From: a virus | Taxonomy: Duplodnaviria; Caudoviricetes | Length of the DNA: 25,177 nucleotides | Strand: one strand, 5' to 3' | IMG/VR virus record: IMGVR_UViG_3300032253_000092 | Location: 1-25,177 of that record | Shown: positions 14,377-24,194 of the stretch, piece after piece | How the letters are laid out: each line of letters begins with the position of its first letter | Position numbering within the stretch: position 1 is the stretch's first letter | The notes under the pieces: model-generated | Database searches by the model: none | Told to the model about the DNA's origin: nothing | The model's input: the letters and a program-made list of their open reading frames with translations, nothing else | Position numbers and translations under genes: made by a program

Positions 14377-15393
14377 TTAAGAAACTACAGCTTCAGCTTC
14401 AGTTAAAGCGTCAACAATGCGGACAGGGATGCCGAGGAACATCAATTGATGAATGTTATCACCCCATTGATTAATCGCTGGCTCGATAGTTACAGCGCCG
14501 GTGCTGCGATCCATTGCCATAACGCGCAGATGAGAAGCCACTGTGCGATTAACATAGAAAGCCGCGTTTGCGCCCGCTCTGGTTGGTAGACGGTCAATAG
14601 CGCGAGCCATTAACTTATCAATTGCTGTTGCCGCAGTGATGGCCTGAGTGCTTGCCTTAGCAACCAGATCAGAGACATCAATGTTCGGAATACGGACAAC
14701 ATGCCGCCAGTCTTTAACAACTAAGCCGTTTTTCCATTTCCATTCGTCCATATAGGCACGGAAACGATTATCACTTGAATCGAACGCATCGCCAATACCT
14801 AAATCTTCATGGCTGATACCAGCCTGAGAACCTTTAGGGAATACGCCAAATACGTTTTGTTGACCCCAGTTAACCAGCCAGATTGAGGAGTTATCAGAAC
14901 CAGAACCGCCAGCACTAATGATATTCTGAGCGTTTGCTGCAGATAAATCATTATAACGGGGCGCAAAGCCCACAAACTGCTCAGGGTTAGCCGCTGAACC
15001 ATAAAACAAAGTAGTTGCCATCTGTTGAGACATCGCCTCTACAAACGCAGCCGCTTCATCCATACGGTAAGCATTAACATTGCCATTAAGCTCCGCTTCA
15101 TCTTGATCAATCTCACAGCGAGCCGTAAGAATAGCCGCGTTTTCTGTAACCTGCGCCTTTGTTGATTTAGATTTGGGAGTACCCTGATTGATTAAACGAT
15201 AATAAACCGTAGGTAAACCAGTTCTGATAGAAGTCTGCTCACCTGTTGGCAAGTTACCTTCCTTGAATAACATATCATCGAGAACTTCATTTGATTGAGA
15301 AAGCAATTCTACTGTTTTTGCCACTTTGCCGTCTGGGTCGGTACTTTTCGCCCAGTCAGCCATAGTCAGCACTGTACTTGATAGTGTAGCCAT
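14377..15393 (-). CDS. Major capsid protein, BPP-1 Bbp17-like
   Basis: LTMADWAK..DPDG, VELLSQSNEVLDDM, EGNLPTG..T.IRTGLP, GLVVKDWRHVVRIPNID, FLGIPVRIVDAL..EA.V. Confidence 0.92.
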   Translation of the reverse strand: MATLSSTVLTMADWAKSTDPDGKVAKTVELLSQSNEVLDDMLFKEGNLPTGEQTSIRTGLPTVYYRLINQGTPKSKSTKAQVTENAAILTARCEIDQDEAELNGNVNAYRMDEAAAFVEAMSQQMATTLFYGSAANPEQFVGFAPRYNDLSAANAQNIISAGGSGSDNSSIWLVNWGQQNVFGVFPKGSQAGISHEDLGIGDAFDSSDNRFRAYMDEWKWKNGLVVKDWRHVVRIPNIDVSDLVAKASTQAITAATAIDKLMARAIDRLPTRAGANAAFYVNRTVASHLRVMAMDRSTGAVTIEPAINQWGDNIHQLMFLGIPVRIVDALTEAEAVVS

Positions 15394-15421
15394 AATTTAA
15401 GCTCCGTTACATTCCATAAAA

Positions 15422-16321
15422 TTAGCCGGTCTTTTTGCCGCCGTAAAATATTTCGGCTGCAGACTTCGGCTCTGTAGTTACTTTGGTTGCTTTAGGTTTC
15501 GTTACCACTGGCACAGCGTCACGTTTCTTCTTTATTTCTTGCCCTTTCTCTTGCAGCTTGTCATATTTAGCCGCCTTCAAAAACGCAACCATAAAGATAT
15601 GGTCTGTTGCTTTACTGAACTTTTCTTGAGTCATTCCGGCTTTAGTTGCCCACTCGCTTATAAGTTGAGTGTCTGTCGTATAAGTCTCAGTTGGCTTGCC
15701 TTCTTTGTCGAACCAGTCTGGGTTGGCTGCGTGTAGCTTTGCAACCTCATCCTGTAAAACGGCTGGATCGTCTGCAGGGGTTTCGCGTTCAGCTTTGACT
15801 TTATCCAAAGCATTTTTGCGATTGTCCGCCTTCTCTTTCAGTTCAATGTATCTATCAGGGTCGTCTTCCTTCAGCTCTGTCCAATCAATCGCCTCATCTT
15901 CAGCAACCAAAACACTTAACATGTCTTGCATTTCTGAAACCTTGGTTTGTGATATGGTCAGTTGTTCACGATCATTGGCGATTTCAGCGCGTTCTTTGTT
16001 AGCAAATTCCGCGTGTTCAGTCGTCTTTTTCGTGTAGTCCGATTGCATTAAGTGGCCGTTTTTCCACTTCCTAACTTCGTCAAGACTTATCTCTTCGCCA
16101 TCTAATTCGATGTATTGAGTTGTCTCTTCGTCGTCTTCGCTTTCTAACTCTTCGGCTTCAGCTTCCGCCTCTTCCGGTTTCTCAAGTGTTTCAACTTCCT
16201 GTTCAGGCTCTTGAATTTCCTGTTCTGTAACGTCTGTTGCTTCGGCTGTCTCATCGAGATTCGATTCAGCAGTGTTATTATAAAACTTATCGGCAGTTTC
16301 CAGTGCTGGATTGTCTGACAT
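15422..16321 (-). CDS. Capsid scaffolding protein
   Basis: Acidic N-terminus, LDEVRKWKNGHLMQSDYTKKT motif, coiled coil with IDWTELKEDDPDRY; directly upstream of the capsid gene. Confidence 0.85.
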   Translation of the reverse strand: MSDNPALETADKFYNNTAESNLDETAEATDVTEQEIQEPEQEVETLEKPEEAEAEAEELESEDDEETTQYIELDGEEISLDEVRKWKNGHLMQSDYTKKTTEHAEFANKERAEIANDREQLTISQTKVSEMQDMLSVLVAEDEAIDWTELKEDDPDRYIELKEKADNRKNALDKVKAERETPADDPAVLQDEVAKLHAANPDWFDKEGKPTETYTTDTQLISEWATKAGMTQEKFSKATDHIFMVAFLKAAKYDKLQEKGQEIKKKRDAVPVVTKPKATKVTTEPKSAAEIFYGGKKTG

Positions 16322-16333
16322 AGCGTTTTATTC

Positions 16334-16609
16334 CTATTCGTCTGTGTTTGATTTTAACGTTTCTTCAGCCATTTTACCAGTTGTCAGCAATTGATCAAAG
16401 AAACTCTCTAACGCATCCATGTTTTTCATTGTGCGCCAAGCCTCTTCCCTTACATCATGCTGATCTTGGCTTGTGTTACAAAATATTTCGAATATCTGTG
16501 CCTTTCGGGTGGTTATCGCAGACCTATAGGCTTCATTATTAATAACCTGTTGACCCATTGCAGCAAATGCCGCCTCTTGCTCTAGTTGTTCTGTTTGTGC
16601 TTTATCCAT
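16334..16609 (-). CDS. Small helical protein between portal and scaffold
   Basis: REEAWRTMK...TTGKMA motif; typical position; TAATG coupling. Confidence 0.75.
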   Translation of the reverse strand: MDKAQTEQLEQEAAFAAMGQQVINNEAYRSAITTRKAQIFEIFCNTSQDQHDVREEAWRTMKNMDALESFFDQLLTTGKMAEETLKSNTDE

Positions 16610-18651
16610 TATTGTGCGCCTGCAGGTGCTGTGAATTTCTCTTCAACTTTGGTTTGCAGCTCTGCAATCTGGAAAGCCATGTCTTCCATAAACTGCTTGT
16701 TATCCTGTGCTGTTTTTATATTAAACTGCCTCTGGTCTTCTTGAAGCTTGGCGACTTGAAGCTGTGCATCAGACTGAGCTTTGATTAAATTACCTTGTTG
16801 CTTTATTGTCTCCGCCTCTGCTAGTGGATTCTGCATGGCCTGCAGTTGTTCTTGTAATTGCTGAACCAGCTTGGTAAGTATTTCATTCTGAGCTTTAATA
16901 AGCTGTTCCGGCTGATCTGGATCATTAAAGAACTCCTCAACATCTGGTTCTCCTGATGCTTTCACCATGCCTTTTAAGATATTAAACCGCTTAACTTCAT
17001 CGGTCATTGGCGAGCCATTGGCTTGCAATTGCTGATGCACTATCCAAAGACCTGATAATGTCTGCAGTTTCTTCTCATCATCGCCAGCGCCAAGACCAAC
17101 TTTACTAACTACGCTATGCTTCAGCTTCCAATCAGCCGGATTAACCGTTAACTCTTTACCTAATATTTCTATTTCTGTTACTGTGTTCTGGAAATTAGCA
17201 TCTAGCCAAGCAATACCCTCGTATAGCTGTCTAAATCCTGTTTCAGCCATGACACGGGCAACCAACTCTGTCTTCTCTGCGCCTTTATCTTCAATGCCGT
17301 TAAATCTTGTGGCGGTTTCTTTTCCTAATTCATCAGCATCAAGACCCTGAGAAGCCATCAATGATCCGGTAGTTTGCGCTCTGGCTTGATCCCAATACTG
17401 AACAATCTGCAAGGCTCTATCACCGATATACGGAACAACAACCGGCATTAAATCATTTGCAATCGGTGTTTCTTTAGTTGATCTGATAACCCCGTTAGGT
17501 CGCATTACTAGCAGATCGTCCATATTGACGTTCTTATTAGCGCCCATTCGCGGATTGTTTACAGCATAGATATTATCTTGAACGCCACGCAATACAGCCG
17601 TTTTAATTCTCGCCACAGGTGCGGTAATCTCTGCACGACTCTTTCCGATAGCCTTATGAGGCATTAATAACGCGCTCATCACGGCATAAGGAACGTGATT
17701 AAATACTTCGTTAACAATAACAACATCACCGGAGCGCATAACATGACGGCGCTCTGCTATGCCATCGCCATCAAAATCAATCTCTGGATACAGGTCTTCA
17801 ACTTCGACTTCTTCACTCGCCCAATTAGTTATCTTTGCCTCATCTTCAGAGCCGCCTTCTGCCTCATCCCTAATATCTTTTAATCTTGATCCGTCGTCTT
17901 CAGTGCTTCCGGCTGTTGGTATGGAATCAATTAGGTCTCGTTTAACACCTCTAGCCAGTAGCTCTCCGCGTGTCATTGTTGACACATCACCAACCATAGC
18001 CGCGGTGTTTTTATCCGTTGCATTTTTGGTCATGCGGAAGGATTCTAGCGGAACATCAACAATCTTAACGCTTTTAACTGTGCGCTCTACTTTGAAAACA
18101 ATATCATTGTCTTCGCCTTCCGTTGTTTCTTCACGGACAATTTCAACGCTCTTAACGTTTTCCCCTTTCAGGCTTTCCTCAAACATACTCAACTCAACAT
18201 CACTCAAGCCGGTTTTCTTATGCTCTTCAATCTCTGTGGTTTCTTCCATGAAATACTTAACAACTGATGTCTTTTGTATTTCTGCGTTTTTAATAAAACC
18301 ATGTATTACAGGGAACGACCAAGGCTGTGATCTTACTTGCCAGTTAACGTACTTTGTTTTCTCTTCAGCTTCTTTTACGTCTTCTTCTTTTGTGGTGTTT
18401 GGTTTGAACTTTAATATATCGCCAGCACCTAGGAAAATTCTGGCTAGTGATGGCATATCAGCTTCAACCACATCCATGCAGTCATTAGAGACAACCTTAG
18501 AGCGCTCTGCCACTTCGTCGCCGTATGGGTTGCCCTCGTATCTATCTTGTAAGTATTCGTTTTCTTTGATGAAGGTTGAATTGTTGCCAGTTGCATCATG
18601 TGTCATCTGGTCTAATTCGTGTAGAAGTGTCGCCTCGTTCATAGCTGACAT
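16609..18651 (-). CDS. Portal protein (podovirus type with C-terminal helical barrel)
   Basis: RSKVVSNDCMDVVEADMPSLARIF, IDFDGDGIAERR, ETGFRQLY and VGLGAGD motifs; Gln-rich coiled-coil C-terminus; follows TerL. Confidence 0.92.
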   Translation of the reverse strand: MSAMNEATLLHELDQMTHDATGNNSTFIKENEYLQDRYEGNPYGDEVAERSKVVSNDCMDVVEADMPSLARIFLGAGDILKFKPNTTKEEDVKEAEEKTKYVNWQVRSQPWSFPVIHGFIKNAEIQKTSVVKYFMEETTEIEEHKKTGLSDVELSMFEESLKGENVKSVEIVREETTEGEDNDIVFKVERTVKSVKIVDVPLESFRMTKNATDKNTAAMVGDVSTMTRGELLARGVKRDLIDSIPTAGSTEDDGSRLKDIRDEAEGGSEDEAKITNWASEEVEVEDLYPEIDFDGDGIAERRHVMRSGDVVIVNEVFNHVPYAVMSALLMPHKAIGKSRAEITAPVARIKTAVLRGVQDNIYAVNNPRMGANKNVNMDDLLVMRPNGVIRSTKETPIANDLMPVVVPYIGDRALQIVQYWDQARAQTTGSLMASQGLDADELGKETATRFNGIEDKGAEKTELVARVMAETGFRQLYEGIAWLDANFQNTVTEIEILGKELTVNPADWKLKHSVVSKVGLGAGDDEKKLQTLSGLWIVHQQLQANGSPMTDEVKRFNILKGMVKASGEPDVEEFFNDPDQPEQLIKAQNEILTKLVQQLQEQLQAMQNPLAEAETIKQQGNLIKAQSDAQLQVAKLQEDQRQFNIKTAQDNKQFMEDMAFQIAELQTKVEEKFTAPAGAQ

Positions 18652-20339
18652 TATACAATACTCATTGGTTCGTAATTAAGCGGTTCCATGACTTCTTGCA
18701 CCACAGGTTTGAATAGGCACATCATAACAGAGTCGGCCTCATTTGGGGAATCTATCTCTAGCGCCTTCATTTCCTTTTTGTTCATAATCTGAATTAATCC
18801 GTTTGGATTATCTTTTTTAGGTATTCGGCAAACCTCAGACCGTAGGCCTGCGATATTATCAACGCCCTCGGAATCTATACTAATCATTTCGTCAGGGTCA
18901 ACATACTCACCCTTAACCACGCAGCGATAAGTATTATAAAATCGATCTCTCAGCATCCAGTAATATTGCGCCCTGTTGTTTTTGAATGTCTCTGCATACG
19001 TCTTTGGTTTTTGCTGCTCATCATCGCCATATTGTGGCATGTAAACCTTATCTGCATTGTCTTGGCCTTTACCTGACAGCGAACCTCTGAACATGTGATA
19101 TTTAATGCCAGTGCCGGAAAATGCGGTAGAGACCTGACGCTTAAGACCTGTTCCCATTCCGTCGCCATCCCAAACAAACCAGCTCGCGTTATATTGGATC
19201 GCTAAACCTGTAGCCCAATCACAACCCTCATCTATCTCGCCTGTTGATTTAGACTTAACCGCCTTGATAATTGAGCCATGGCGGATAGCTAAGCCCTTGT
19301 CATCATCGCCTTTGTCTGATGGGTCATGAGCCGCAATGATAGCGCCATGAGGCTCAAAGACTCGTTTTAGTTTATCAAGCTTATGAGCATCAACAGCAGC
19401 ATCAAACCACTCCGGCTTGATAATCGCGTCTTCTATTTCGTCATTATAATCACCTAACCATTTATGGTTATAGTAAGCCCGTGACATATTCTCATAATCC
19501 CACTCTCTTTCGCTTTCAAGCCCTGAATCTTCAAACCAAGGATTATCGCAATAGTTTATCTTAACGATTAGATGTAAATCATCTTCATAAAACCCGTGCT
19601 TCTCTATGTCGGTCTTATATGGCTCTATGAATCTCTGACTAAATGGATCAGCGCTACTGCCGGGGTTTGCAATGAATATCATCGATACAGAGTCTAAATC
19701 TGGGTGGGTGTCTATATCGTCAAGGATGGAATCTTCTTTGAATCGTTTTGGCAATCCGTTAATCGGTGCTTTTCTTAATGATGGCGTTAGGACATTGAGT
19801 GAATCTTGAGATATAAACTGAGCTTCTTCAATCTCAAACCGATTAAATCCGTGAGTCGATTTAACTGAATCTATGTTTCTGGCTATACCAGCAAACTCAA
19901 ATACAGATTCTTCTTTATAGTTTATTGATTGTTTTTGTACCTCGAAACCAGCAAACCCGAACCGGCTAACCTCGCTTTTAACCAATGAATGAACAGAGTT
20001 TTTAATGCTTGATTGAAATTCTCGTAAGAAATACGTTCTGTTTTTATTATCCTTACCGTCAGCTATGGCTATATCAACACCTGCGACAGACTTGGTACTA
20101 CCACGACCACCAATAAGAACAATAAAGCGCTTCGTTGACTTAATGACGCGCTCTATCTTTTCAGCAACGTAAATATCAGGCTCTAAATCAACTTCTGTCC
20201 ATACATGTTTAATCTGTTGTATTGAACGCAGAAGACCCTCTTCAGGGCAGACGATACCAAAGACCGTGTTTCTCTCTGACTTTCTGCGGTTAAGCTCTAA
20301 CCTAGCAGAAGCCTGTAGTTCAAGTGCTGCTCTGCCCAC
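18651..20339 (-). CDS. terL: Terminase large subunit (PBSX-type)
   Basis: Walker A GGRGSTKS, REFQSSIKNSVH, Walker B IEEAQ, INYCDNPWF, nuclease HDPSD...DGDGMG...SPNEADS. Confidence 0.95.
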   Translation of the reverse strand: MGRAALELQASARLELNRRKSERNTVFGIVCPEEGLLRSIQQIKHVWTEVDLEPDIYVAEKIERVIKSTKRFIVLIGGRGSTKSVAGVDIAIADGKDNKNRTYFLREFQSSIKNSVHSLVKSEVSRFGFAGFEVQKQSINYKEESVFEFAGIARNIDSVKSTHGFNRFEIEEAQFISQDSLNVLTPSLRKAPINGLPKRFKEDSILDDIDTHPDLDSVSMIFIANPGSSADPFSQRFIEPYKTDIEKHGFYEDDLHLIVKINYCDNPWFEDSGLESEREWDYENMSRAYYNHKWLGDYNDEIEDAIIKPEWFDAAVDAHKLDKLKRVFEPHGAIIAAHDPSDKGDDDKGLAIRHGSIIKAVKSKSTGEIDEGCDWATGLAIQYNASWFVWDGDGMGTGLKRQVSTAFSGTGIKYHMFRGSLSGKGQDNADKVYMPQYGDDEQQKPKTYAETFKNNRAQYYWMLRDRFYNTYRCVVKGEYVDPDEMISIDSEGVDNIAGLRSEVCRIPKKDNPNGLIQIMNKKEMKALEIDSPNEADSVMMCLFKPVVQEVMEPLNYEPMSIV

Positions 20340-20859
20340 TTATAATCGCTTTTAGTTCTTCGTCTGATTTGTCGGATAGGTCAACCACGCCCAATGCGCC
20401 AGAAACCTCTGTTTTGTCAGTAAACAACTTCAAGTGTTTGCCAAGCAGCTCAAGCGATCCCTTCTTATCGATAATTTTAATTTTACTGGTTAGTCCAATC
20501 TGATCATCGCCAGTACCTATAACTTGGTGATCTATGCCACCAATAGCTCTTGCTACCTCTTCCGGCATATCAGGAATAGATAATAATTGACCTTTAGCAT
20601 CAAATGCTTTTCTTATGTCCATGAAACCGATTAAGGCAAGCTCCTTTAATACTCTGTCCTGAGTTATTTCAGTACGCTTTGATCTTTTGTCCATTTCCTT
20701 CTGTATTGCGTCCTGAATGTTATGATTTGACAACATGGTAGAAGCTATCTGTCTTGCTGAATTCTCACTGTAACCGGCACGTATAGCGGCCTGAGTAGCA
20801 TTAAGATCAATAATGTACTCTTTGACAAACATAGCCTGCTTATCAGTTAGTTTAGACAT
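20320..20859 (-). CDS. terS: Terminase small subunit
   Basis: LTDKQAMFVKEYIIDLNATQAAIRAGYS HTH motif; DKKGSLELLGKHLKLF. Confidence 0.95.
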   Translation of the reverse strand: MSKLTDKQAMFVKEYIIDLNATQAAIRAGYSENSARQIASTMLSNHNIQDAIQKEMDKRSKRTEITQDRVLKELALIGFMDIRKAFDAKGQLLSIPDMPEEVARAIGGIDHQVIGTGDDQIGLTSKIKIIDKKGSLELLGKHLKLFTDKTEVSGALGVVDLSDKSDEELKAIISGQSST

Positions 20860-20969
20860 AACGAATAAAAACCATAAGCCGCTAATAGGATTAGGATAAA
20901 GCTTGCTGTTTTTTCAGTAAGAACAAAGAATGCTTGCCAGTGCTTTAGGGGTGTTAGGTTAGATAGCAT
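20847..20969 (-). CDS. Putative 40-aa membrane microprotein (not in the ORF track)
   Basis: MLSNLTPLKHWQAFFVLTEKTASFILILLAAYGFYSLCLN*. GGAG RBS 7 nt upstream; overlaps the terS start. Confidence 0.45.
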   Translation of the reverse strand: MLSNLTPLKHWQAFFVLTEKTASFILILLAAYGFYSLCLN

Positions 20970-21059
20970 TACATAGCTCCATAAGCGGCATAATCCCTTA
21001 CGCCTATTTGTCGGGCTTGCTCCAATAGATAAGGTTGATCACCCCCGGTTAGCGCTTGG

Positions 21060-21245
21060 CTATGAATCTTGTTTATCGATGAATATAAACTCATCGGCAT
21101 TATCAAAGCTATCATCATCAGAATGCTGGCGAACAAAGAGAGCATTACATTGCTGTTCATACTCAAAACGCCTTTGCTCTGCCTCGTCATCTTTAGCCTT
21201 CTGTAGCTTGTGTTTGTAGTCAAATAATCTAATTACCTTAGCCAT
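21060..21245 (-). CDS. Hypothetical protein (61 aa)
   Basis: GGGTGA RBS-like element; MAKVIRLFDYK start and charged helical composition. Confidence 0.6.
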   Translation of the reverse strand: MAKVIRLFDYKHKLQKAKDDEAEQRRFEYEQQCNALFVRQHSDDDSFDNADEFIFIDKQDS

Positions 21246-21292
21246 AAGTCACCCGATTTTTGGGGAATATGGCTATATTCTAATAGGTTTTA

Positions 21293-21730
21293 TCAATCAA
21301 TAACAGATATATGATTATAATCGCCTATCAGCTTTCGTGTTGATGACATTTGAGCATTGCCTTTTATGCGCCATAAACCTGATTGGTCAATGTCGCCATC
21401 AATAGTCGTGTACTTGATGTACTCATTGGCTATGTAGTCCTCATCATCAACTGTCACGTTGACCGTTCCGAGGGTTACGCCATTAGCTACGGTCTTTGTT
21501 TTCTTTGTGCCGACGTATGGCTCAAGTATCATATTGTAATCGGTAGCCGTAGAAACATCTTCACCTAACTTAGCATAAAGAACATCACCATACTCACCGT
21601 TGTTTAATGTCATCATTATCTTAATTCCTGTTACGCTTGGCGCTATTGGTTCTTGTGCGGGTGGCTGTGCAGGTATTACACTGTAATCACCCCTTTGCCC
21701 ACCATACAAACCTAATCGAGTACCCATCAC
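21293..21730 (-). CDS. Putative virion accessory protein (Ig-like/BppU-N-like beta domain)
   Basis: YIKYTTIDGDIDQSGLWRIKG pattern; ATGA overlap with the upstream gene. Confidence 0.5.
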   Translation of the reverse strand: MMGTRLGLYGGQRGDYSVIPAQPPAQEPIAPSVTGIKIMMTLNNGEYGDVLYAKLGEDVSTATDYNMILEPYVGTKKTKTVANGVTLGTVNVTVDDEDYIANEYIKYTTIDGDIDQSGLWRIKGNAQMSSTRKLIGDYNHISVID

Positions 21731-23478
21731 ACAATTTTAAAGGCGTCATTATTAGCCATTGCCGATGTCATTGCAGCAAACTCTATAACGCCGCCGGTTT
21801 CAGTATAGGCCGTGATTTCTCGACGCTCACCCTCTGCCGCGCCTGATGTGACTACAATATAAGCGCCGACTAGCTGATTATCTAAATAACCTGTCAAATT
21901 GGTTGTCGCTGATGTTGTGGTCAATGTGCCTGTTGCAGCAGTCCCGTAAATAATACCTAAGTTCAGATTATCAACAACGCCATCTATAATATCCAGCTTG
22001 GCCTCATTGGTGTCGCCTTGTGTGGTTAATTCGGCTATTACTATATCGGTTGCATCCTGCTTGGTTTCTGTTGCTGCGTTATCAGTGCCGCGCATGTCTG
22101 TGTTGGTGGTAGTTGTATCGACCAGCGTTACATTATCAACCGAACCGCCAGATGTAGAAATTGCGCCGCCCGTTACTATATCGGTTGCTGATGGCAGTGC
22201 GTCTATCTTAGTATCTACCGCTGCAAGCTCTGTACCTGTGGCCGCATCGTAATCAGTTAGAGCCGTGTCACATTCGGTATTAATCTTATCCATATTAATA
22301 AAGGCTGTCTCTACTAAGGCGGCCATACCTGCTGTATTGTCTGTTTTTGTGCCGATACCCCTTAAAGAAACCGAGGCATTAACATTATTGCTTGCATCGA
22401 AAATACACTGACCACCCGCAATATTAACAGTCAAGTTATGTGAAGCGGATAAATCTCTTAAATCTACACCACCTTTATGCCCATTCATTACTAGCGTACC
22501 CGATGCGCCTGATGCCCTTATTATCGGTGTACCTGTGCCTGCTACTAAACTATAAGAGTCAATCAATACATTATCGTCGCTTGTATCTAAGGTGATGTCA
22601 TCAACAATACCGCATCGCAAGCCGTGAATATTAAATGTACTTACACCTGCTCCAGGATCTTGTAATGCACAATCAACCGCCTCTATGCGACCTGTGCCGC
22701 CCTGTGTACCCTCAAGAGATAAATTATGAAACTTACTGCGACTAACATCTGATGAGCCAAAATTAAGCGTGTTATCACGTACTGAGCCAATACCATAAAA
22801 CTCCCAATCAGCATGAGTCGCGCCTAATGTGGTGTCTGAATTTCCCTCTAAGTAATAGCGATTAATACCCATTGCATCGGCAATCGTCCTTGCTGCGGCT
22901 GGTGTTGATACAGGGTTATCAAATGTACCATCTGTTCCAAATACAGTATTTGTGTTTGCTGCGTTTGAGTCTATATAAACACCAACACCAGAAGGGCCGA
23001 TATAACTTACAAGTTTTGCTTTCTCGTAAATAGCATCTAAATCTAAACCACCTGCATCACTAATAGGCAAACCACCCGCTGCATCGGCTGCTGCATTTGG
23101 TAAAGCTGTTAGCCCCGCCCTTACAGAATCATCAAGATCGATGTCAGTTAAACGAATGCGACCGCCGATGACCACCATGCCGGTTACTGTTCCACCGACA
23201 TCTACATAATCAACACCAGAAGCCACAGCCGCATCGGGCAAATCTAAACGATAGTTACCGTCTGAAATATGAACAAAGCCACCGTCTGAATGTGCGCCGC
23301 CTTCGGTTTGTGTCGCCTCTGTTATGGAGGTGTGAGCTGCACCCGGTCTGCGATACCATAAATCTATGCCAGCCGTGTTAAATACAACGCCGGTTTCTGG
23401 CGTACCATCTGTACTATCAACTATACGGATAGTGCAAGAATAATCTGTTGAGCCTTTTGTGATCGCGTCTAATAACAT
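21727..23478 (-). CDS. Putative fibre/decoration protein with central beta-helix-like region (583 aa)
   Basis: Thr/Ala/Gly/Asp-rich. Modular: N-terminal beta domain, ALPNAAADAAGGLP linker, central repeats, short coiled coil, C-terminal beta domain. Confidence 0.6.
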   Translation of the reverse strand: MLLDAITKGSTDYSCTIRIVDSTDGTPETGVVFNTAGIDLWYRRPGAAHTSITEATQTEGGAHSDGGFVHISDGNYRLDLPDAAVASGVDYVDVGGTVTGMVVIGGRIRLTDIDLDDSVRAGLTALPNAAADAAGGLPISDAGGLDLDAIYEKAKLVSYIGPSGVGVYIDSNAANTNTVFGTDGTFDNPVSTPAAARTIADAMGINRYYLEGNSDTTLGATHADWEFYGIGSVRDNTLNFGSSDVSRSKFHNLSLEGTQGGTGRIEAVDCALQDPGAGVSTFNIHGLRCGIVDDITLDTSDDNVLIDSYSLVAGTGTPIIRASGASGTLVMNGHKGGVDLRDLSASHNLTVNIAGGQCIFDASNNVNASVSLRGIGTKTDNTAGMAALVETAFINMDKINTECDTALTDYDAATGTELAAVDTKIDALPSATDIVTGGAISTSGGSVDNVTLVDTTTTNTDMRGTDNAATETKQDATDIVIAELTTQGDTNEAKLDIIDGVVDNLNLGIIYGTAATGTLTTTSATTNLTGYLDNQLVGAYIVVTSGAAEGERREITAYTETGGVIEFAAMTSAMANNDAFKIV

Positions 23479-23481
23479 AAG

Positions 23482-23871
23482 TTATCCGTAATAAGCGTTT
23501 AGTAATGGGAGTATTGTACCACCCGCCGCATCTGTCGTGAAACTTGCGCTATGCTGAGTGTTTGATTCATTGCTGGCCGCGTCATCGTGGACATAGTGTG
23601 CATAATAAGTTGTTGAAGGACTTAAGCTGGTGAAACTAACATTCTGTACGCCTGTTGTACTCACAGCCTGGCTAGAACCTGTTTTAATCGTTGCGGCTGT
23701 TTCTGTGGCGTTAGTCGTCGCTGTGAAATACAGCGTTCCGTTGCCTTCGTCTGTTGATACTGTGCCGTCTGCTGTCGTGCTTCCCGTCTTTGTTCCGGTA
23801 GGACTACTTAATATGGGCGCTGTAACATCGCTTGCCGTCGCTACATATAATGCCGTATGCCTTAAAGACAT
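23482..23871 (-). CDS. Fibronectin type III-like domain protein (129 aa); start revised to 23871
   Basis: DVTAPILS...SLSPSTTYYAHYVHDDAASNES Fn3-type signature; TAATG overlap at 23871. Confidence 0.7.
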   Translation of the reverse strand: MSLRHTALYVATASDVTAPILSSPTGTKTGSTTADGTVSTDEGNGTLYFTATTNATETAATIKTGSSQAVSTTGVQNVSFTSLSPSTTYYAHYVHDDAASNESNTQHSASFTTDAAGGTILPLLNAYYG

Positions 23872-24194
23872 TAGATGCCAACCACTTCCCAAGCAAATGC
23901 GCGGCCTGTACCTGCTGTTTGTTTAAGTGTAAATACGCACTCCGAAACAGTCGGAATAGGGATACTAATAGCTACTAAATTGGTTTGGGCATGTGCATAA
24001 TTACCAATATAAGCTTGTCTTGTCGTACCAGTGGAGCGAACTTTTACCTTAGCCCTTAATTCTAATTCATCACCGTCAGCCAGATTAGACAAATCAACGG
24101 TTAAAACATACGTTCCCGCTGTTGTTACTGTTGATAATGTATGCTCTGTTGTTATTACGGCTGTTTGCGAGCCTTCCGCTGTTGATGTTGCCAT
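23871..24194 (-). CDS. Small all-beta putative virion protein (107 aa)
   Basis: Thr-rich alternating beta pattern; TAATG coupling on both sides. Confidence 0.65.
   Translation of the reverse strand: MATSTAEGSQTAVITTEHTLSTVTTAGTYVLTVDLSNLADGDELELRAKVKVRSTGTTRQAYIGNYAHAQTNLVAISIPIPTVSECVFTLKQTAGTGRAFAWEVVGI

Noticed and set aside
3233-15393. Diversity-generating retroelement suggested by the BPP-1-like capsid
   Set aside because: No reverse transcriptase, and no TR/VR repeat pair differing at adenines was seen in the window.
17759-18679. 306-aa plus-strand ORF
   Set aside because: Antisense shadow of the portal gene; Ser-rich composition typical of reverse-frame artefacts.
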